Of a stretch of DNA of 60,033 nucleotides, positions 56,510 to 60,033 are shown in pieces; positions within the stretch are counted from its first letter, which is position 1, and each line of letters starts with the position of its first letter. Under the pieces are notes generated by a model. It saw only the letters and a list, made by a program, of their open reading frames with translations, was not told the origin of the DNA and ran no database searches. The position numbers and the translations under genes were made by a program. Source of the stretch: Candidatus Brockarchaeota archaeon (GTDB lineage Archaea; Thermoproteota; EX4484-205; JAAOZP01); the NCBI GenBank assembly GCA_017601245.1, contig JAFNJB010000049.1, positions 1 through 60,033 on the forward strand. The letters run 5' to 3'.

Positions 56510-58410
56510 TCACCGAGCATGCCGGAAATTTGCAGAGCCAGTTGTTCAATACCCCAGTCGCCAAGGACGATAGCCTCTTGCGGACACGACGAAATACATG
56601 CGCCGCAACCATTGCATAAGCTTTCCAAAACCCTAACCTTCTCACCGTCTCTAACTATCGCATCATACTGACATACTGGCATGCACCTTCCACAGCCAGT
56701 GCATTTGCTTTCTAAAACCACGGCTGTTTCTGGAAGCTTTACGTTTCCACTTCTAAAAAGGCTTATCACGAGAGCTGCTGCAGCACTGCCTTCCACAGCG
56801 CTTTCAACAATGTCCCTTGGCCCATGGCAGGTCCCAGCTACGTAAATGCCTCTCACCCTGGTCTCCAATGGCTTAGCTTTAGAATGAGCCTCCTCTATGA
56901 ATCCCTGATCATCTACTGAAACACCCAGGGTAGCAGCGAGTTTAGCAAGATTTTCAGAGGGCTTAAAGCCCAAGGCTAGAACAACCATGTCTACTTCCAG
57001 CTCGCTCCTCTTACCGGTTAAAGTATCCTCGTATACTACAATCAGATTACCGTTAGGGCTCCTCTTTATTTCAGAAGGCCTAGACCTTATGAAGACAATA
57101 CCATCTTCAAGACACCTCCTATATAGGAGGTCTTCCCATCCTTTTCCGAATGCTCTAAGCTCGTTGTAGAATATGAATACCTTAGCATCCTTGTCATGCT
57201 CAAGTATAAGCCTAGCCTCCTTCATGCTTGCCGCACAACAGTAGTATGAGCACTCCCCTATGCCTGGGCCTGACTCCCTCGACCCGACGCACTGTATGAA
57301 GGCAACCCTCTTCGCGGGCTTACCGTCTTTTCTAAGTAAGACTCCGCCAGTCGGCCCCGAGGCGCAAATTATCCTTTCAAACTCCATATTGGTTATCACA
57401 TTATCATACTCTCCATAGTGGTACTCGGGTTTAAGCCTAGGGTCGAAAAGGTCTGAGCCCACTGCAACAACTATCGCGCCAACGTTCAACTCAAGCATCT
57501 TGGGCTTATCCTCAAGGTTTATAGCAGCCCTTGTGCAGACACTCATGCAGAGACCGCATTCAATACAATACTCCTTGTTTATTACGTACTTAAGCGGAAC
57601 AGCCTGTGCAAATGGACAGTATATCGCCTTAACGGGCTTAAGATCAACATCATATTTATTAGGCTGGTAAACCGGACAGACGTTAGCACATTCACCACAA
57701 CCATTGCATTTCTCAGGGTCAACGTAAGTTGGATTAACCTTTACTAAAACCCTGAAGTCTCCAACCCTGCCCTTAACTCCAACAACTTCAGAATTGGGGA
57801 TGATAGTAATATTCTTATTCCTACCTGCTTCAGAGAGTAGTGGTCCCTCGATGCAAATAGAACAATCCAGAGTTGGGAAAGTCTTATCCAATTGCGCCAT
57901 TATACCGCCTATGCTAGGCTCTTTTTCAATTAGGTAAACCCTGTAGCCCGCGTTAGCTATGTCGAGAGCACACCTCACCCCAGCTATGCCTCCTCCTATC
58001 ACCATTGCTTCCCTCACTATTTTCAAGCCGTCTGAGTATTGTGGAGGATTCGATCTAACAGCCCTGTTGATACTTCCGTTTAAAAGCCGTATTGTCTTAG
58101 AACTAGCATCCTCCTTGTCATCGCAAACCCATGCGCATTGCTCCCTTATATTTACGAATTCGATGACTTTAGCATTGGAGAGGTTTTTTAAAACAGCTTC
58201 TAACAGCCTGCTGGAACAAGCTGCTGCGATAATTCTCTCATTAGCATCTAGACTCAGGCTTTTGACAGTATTGGCTTTACAAAGCCCGTCGACTATCTCA
58301 ATTTTTTTTACAAGCGGGTTTTTATAGAGCTCTTTACTAACTTTGTTGAAATCGATCTTCTCCAGTAATGTTGAACCGCACGTGCACAGTAGTACTGTAA
58401 CCCTCCTCAA
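56506..58410 (-). CDS. hdrA: Heterodisulfide reductase subunit A (FAD, bifurcating)
   Basis: CTCG..AACS..NIREQC.W, GGGIAG, IGG.MAQLDKTFPTLDCS.C, two ferredoxin domains, CVGSR, C...CC, GIY.AG...GP.DI. Confidence 0.95.
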   Translation of the reverse strand: MRRVTVLLCTCGSTLLEKIDFNKVSKELYKNPLVKKIEIVDGLCKANTVKSLSLDANERIIAAACSSRLLEAVLKNLSNAKVIEFVNIREQCAWVCDDKEDASSKTIRLLNGSINRAVRSNPPQYSDGLKIVREAMVIGGGIAGVRCALDIANAGYRVYLIEKEPSIGGIMAQLDKTFPTLDCSICIEGPLLSEAGRNKNITIIPNSEVVGVKGRVGDFRVLVKVNPTYVDPEKCNGCGECANVCPVYQPNKYDVDLKPVKAIYCPFAQAVPLKYVINKEYCIECGLCMSVCTRAAINLEDKPKMLELNVGAIVVAVGSDLFDPRLKPEYHYGEYDNVITNMEFERIICASGPTGGVLLRKDGKPAKRVAFIQCVGSRESGPGIGECSYYCCAASMKEARLILEHDKDAKVFIFYNELRAFGKGWEDLLYRRCLEDGIVFIRSRPSEIKRSPNGNLIVVYEDTLTGKRSELEVDMVVLALGFKPSENLAKLAATLGVSVDDQGFIEEAHSKAKPLETRVRGIYVAGTCHGPRDIVESAVEGSAAAALVISLFRSGNVKLPETAVVLESKCTGCGRCMPVCQYDAIVRDGEKVRVLESLCNGCGACISSCPQEAIVLGDWGIEQLALQISGMLGD

Positions 58411-59153
58411 GGATTAACCATCCTCCTTAAAAGTATCTCTGAAATACCTATCTCCTCCGGATTCGCACCCATAGACAATGCTGAAAGCTGAGCAAGGTGA
58501 AGTACGGGAAGCCGGCTTACTGACTTCAACTGACGCATACAGTGTGAACACGTTGTAACAACGCAGTCTGCTCCAGACTTTTCCAATGCCTCAGCCTTCC
58601 TACGGGCAATAGCATCTCTCATTTTCTCTTCAAAAACCAGCCCGCCGCAGCAATCAAGCTCACTCACGTAAGACACTGGAATATATCCAAGCTTCTCTAA
58701 AACGTTCTTAACTACCATAGGGTTTTCAGCATTGTCAACATTCCTAGCAGGCCTCAAGAGATGACAACTGTGTTGTACAGCGCATCTTAAACCTTTAAAA
58801 CTAAACCTAAGCCCCTTCTCCTCCAATTTCTCCAACATGAATTTTCCAAAGGGCTTCACCTCAGGAACCCTTACATTATTCTTCTCGGAAAGTATTTTGA
58901 ACGCGTCGCTGAGGCTTGCGAAACAATCGTCGCAAACAGTTAAGACAGTGCTCTGGAAGAGCCTCATATTCCTTTCGTTAAGCCTAAGCCAAGCGTTTTT
59001 GCTCAAAGAGAAAAGACCCAATGGAGCACAGCAGGAAGCCCCCTTAGGCTCTTCAAACACAACCCCAATCCTACCTAGTACTTCGTAAACAGCCTTCTCA
59101 ACCTCAGGGTAGAGTGTTCTTATTAAACATCCCAGGTAAAGGGTCATACTCAT
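58407..59153 (-). CDS. hdrB: Heterodisulfide reductase subunit B-like (2 CCG domains)
   Basis: YLGC...CCAP...CDDC and HSCH...CCGG...CSHC. Confidence 0.85.
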   Translation of the reverse strand: MSMTLYLGCLIRTLYPEVEKAVYEVLGRIGVVFEEPKGASCCAPLGLFSLSKNAWLRLNERNMRLFQSTVLTVCDDCFASLSDAFKILSEKNNVRVPEVKPFGKFMLEKLEEKGLRFSFKGLRCAVQHSCHLLRPARNVDNAENPMVVKNVLEKLGYIPVSYVSELDCCGGLVFEEKMRDAIARRKAEALEKSGADCVVTTCSHCMRQLKSVSRLPVLHLAQLSALSMGANPEEIGISEILLRRMVNP

Positions 59154-59597
59154 TTAGAAACCAGCCTCCGAAAGTATCTTCTTCACCTCCTTCAGACTCT
59201 CCTCATCCATTTCCAATTCCGGAAGACCCAAGCTCCTCCTCTTCTCGTAAGCCTCATTGCTTAAGGGGAATGCTAGGCCTGTCTTCTTAATCTGCTCAAT
59301 AAGCTCAAAGACCCTGCTGGGCGGGGCATCACCGTTCTCGTATTTTATCATTCTCAATGCCATGATTACGCTTAGAGGGTTAACTCGTTGTGGACATCTT
59401 TCAACGCATATTGAACAGGAAGAGCAGAGCCACGGGTCCTGGTCTGGAAGCCTGTTAAACTTCACTATAGAGCCGATAATCCTACGGGGATTGAAATACT
59501 CGTTTACAGCGTTAACTATACAGGAAGAGGTGCATGAGCCACACTGAATACATTTTAAAAGGTCTCCTGCACCCTTCTCCTTGAGCCTACTTATCAA
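59154..59597 (-). CDS. hdrC: Heterodisulfide reductase subunit C
   Basis: CIQCGSCTSSC, NPRR, W.CSSC..C..RCP. Confidence 0.9.
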   Translation of the reverse strand: MISRLKEKGAGDLLKCIQCGSCTSSCIVNAVNEYFNPRRIIGSIVKFNRLPDQDPWLCSSCSICVERCPQRVNPLSVIMALRMIKYENGDAPPSRVFELIEQIKKTGLAFPLSNEAYEKRRSLGLPELEMDEESLKEVKKILSEAGF

Positions 59598-59742
59598 GCC
59601 TCATCTTTCCCTTTTCAGATTCGAATCGTTCCGTATTATTTCTTTTTTAAATCTTTAAAAAATGTGTGAAAATACTCCAATTGTAAAGTCTCCTAATATT
59701 CCCTAAGATAGTCTTAGAAAAATACGGTATTTTTAATCTAAG

Positions 59743-60033
59743 TTACTTATTGCTTCCCTCGCTTAGCACTTTTATTCTCCAACGTGCATACTGAACATAC
59801 ATCGCACAATCTTCTGAAGCCAGTGAAATGAACTTGTTGTAGGATTTAATAGCCTCCTCCCTTTTCCCCAATGCGTCTTCCGAAGACGCCTTATTATACC
59901 ATGCGGAAGCATCTTCAGGATTAAGGCTTATAGCCTTTTCACAACATGATAAGGCCTCCTCATAGCGGCGTAGGAACATTAGGCAAATCCCTTTAATACT
60001 CCATGCAGCAGCATCGTCAGGGTTCGTCTTAAT
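59743..60033 (-). CDS. TPR-repeat protein (5' end outside the window)
   Basis: Frame open to the window edge: NPDDAAAW..KG..L....YEEA....EKAI.LNPE.A.AW.NKA. Confidence 0.85.
   Translation of the reverse strand: MKTNPDDAAAWSIKGICLMFLRRYEEALSCCEKAISLNPEDASAWYNKASSEDALGKREEAIKSYNKFISLASEDCAMYVQYARWRIKVLSEGSNK

Noticed and set aside
56506-59597. Hdr as evidence of methanogenesis
   Set aside because: No mcr, mtr or CoM/CoB genes in this window; Hdr-Flx is common in non-methanogens.
1-60033. CRISPR arrays, rRNA, integrase or transposase, provirus
   Set aside because: None seen in the ORF track or in the intergenic regions read by eye.

Overview
60 kb of an archaeal chromosome, very probably TACK superphylum. 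This is inferred from rps25e, rpl35ae, Alba, Rpo6, thermosome, archaeal-type PheS/PheT, CdvA-like, arcadin-like and TackOD1-like proteins; the exact lineage cannot be fixed from the sequence. Most of the window is housekeeping and metabolic: chaperonin, RNA polymerase subunit K, tRNA-modification genes (Sua5, SAMP/NcsA), a 2-oxoacid elongation set (two DRE-TIM synthases, LeuC/D-like, LeuB-like), TrpB2, cysteine synthase, an intron-containing tRNA-Cys, and a complete hdrCBA-mvhD-(flxCBA-like) flavin-bifurcation cluster. The least explained elements are: (1) a 917-aa protein with two classic-clade AAA ATPase domains fused to a Lon (S16) Ser-Lys protease domain, an architecture unlike Lon, FtsH or Cdc48; (2) a free-standing ~168-nt G.U-rich structured RNA with its own TATA box and T-tract that lacks the signatures I recall for SRP, RNase P and 5S RNA; (3) tandem TackOD1-like paralogs sharing a perfectly identical 183-bp block and a duplicated promoter motif, upstream of a GT2 synthase; (4) a type II pantothenate kinase flanked by two ECF S-components; and (5) several apparent pseudo-enzymes (thermosome, creatininase, LarA-like) plus a frameshifted HEPN toxin. 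I saw no CRISPR array, rRNA or transposase. All family assignments come from motif recognition by eye; no database search was run.
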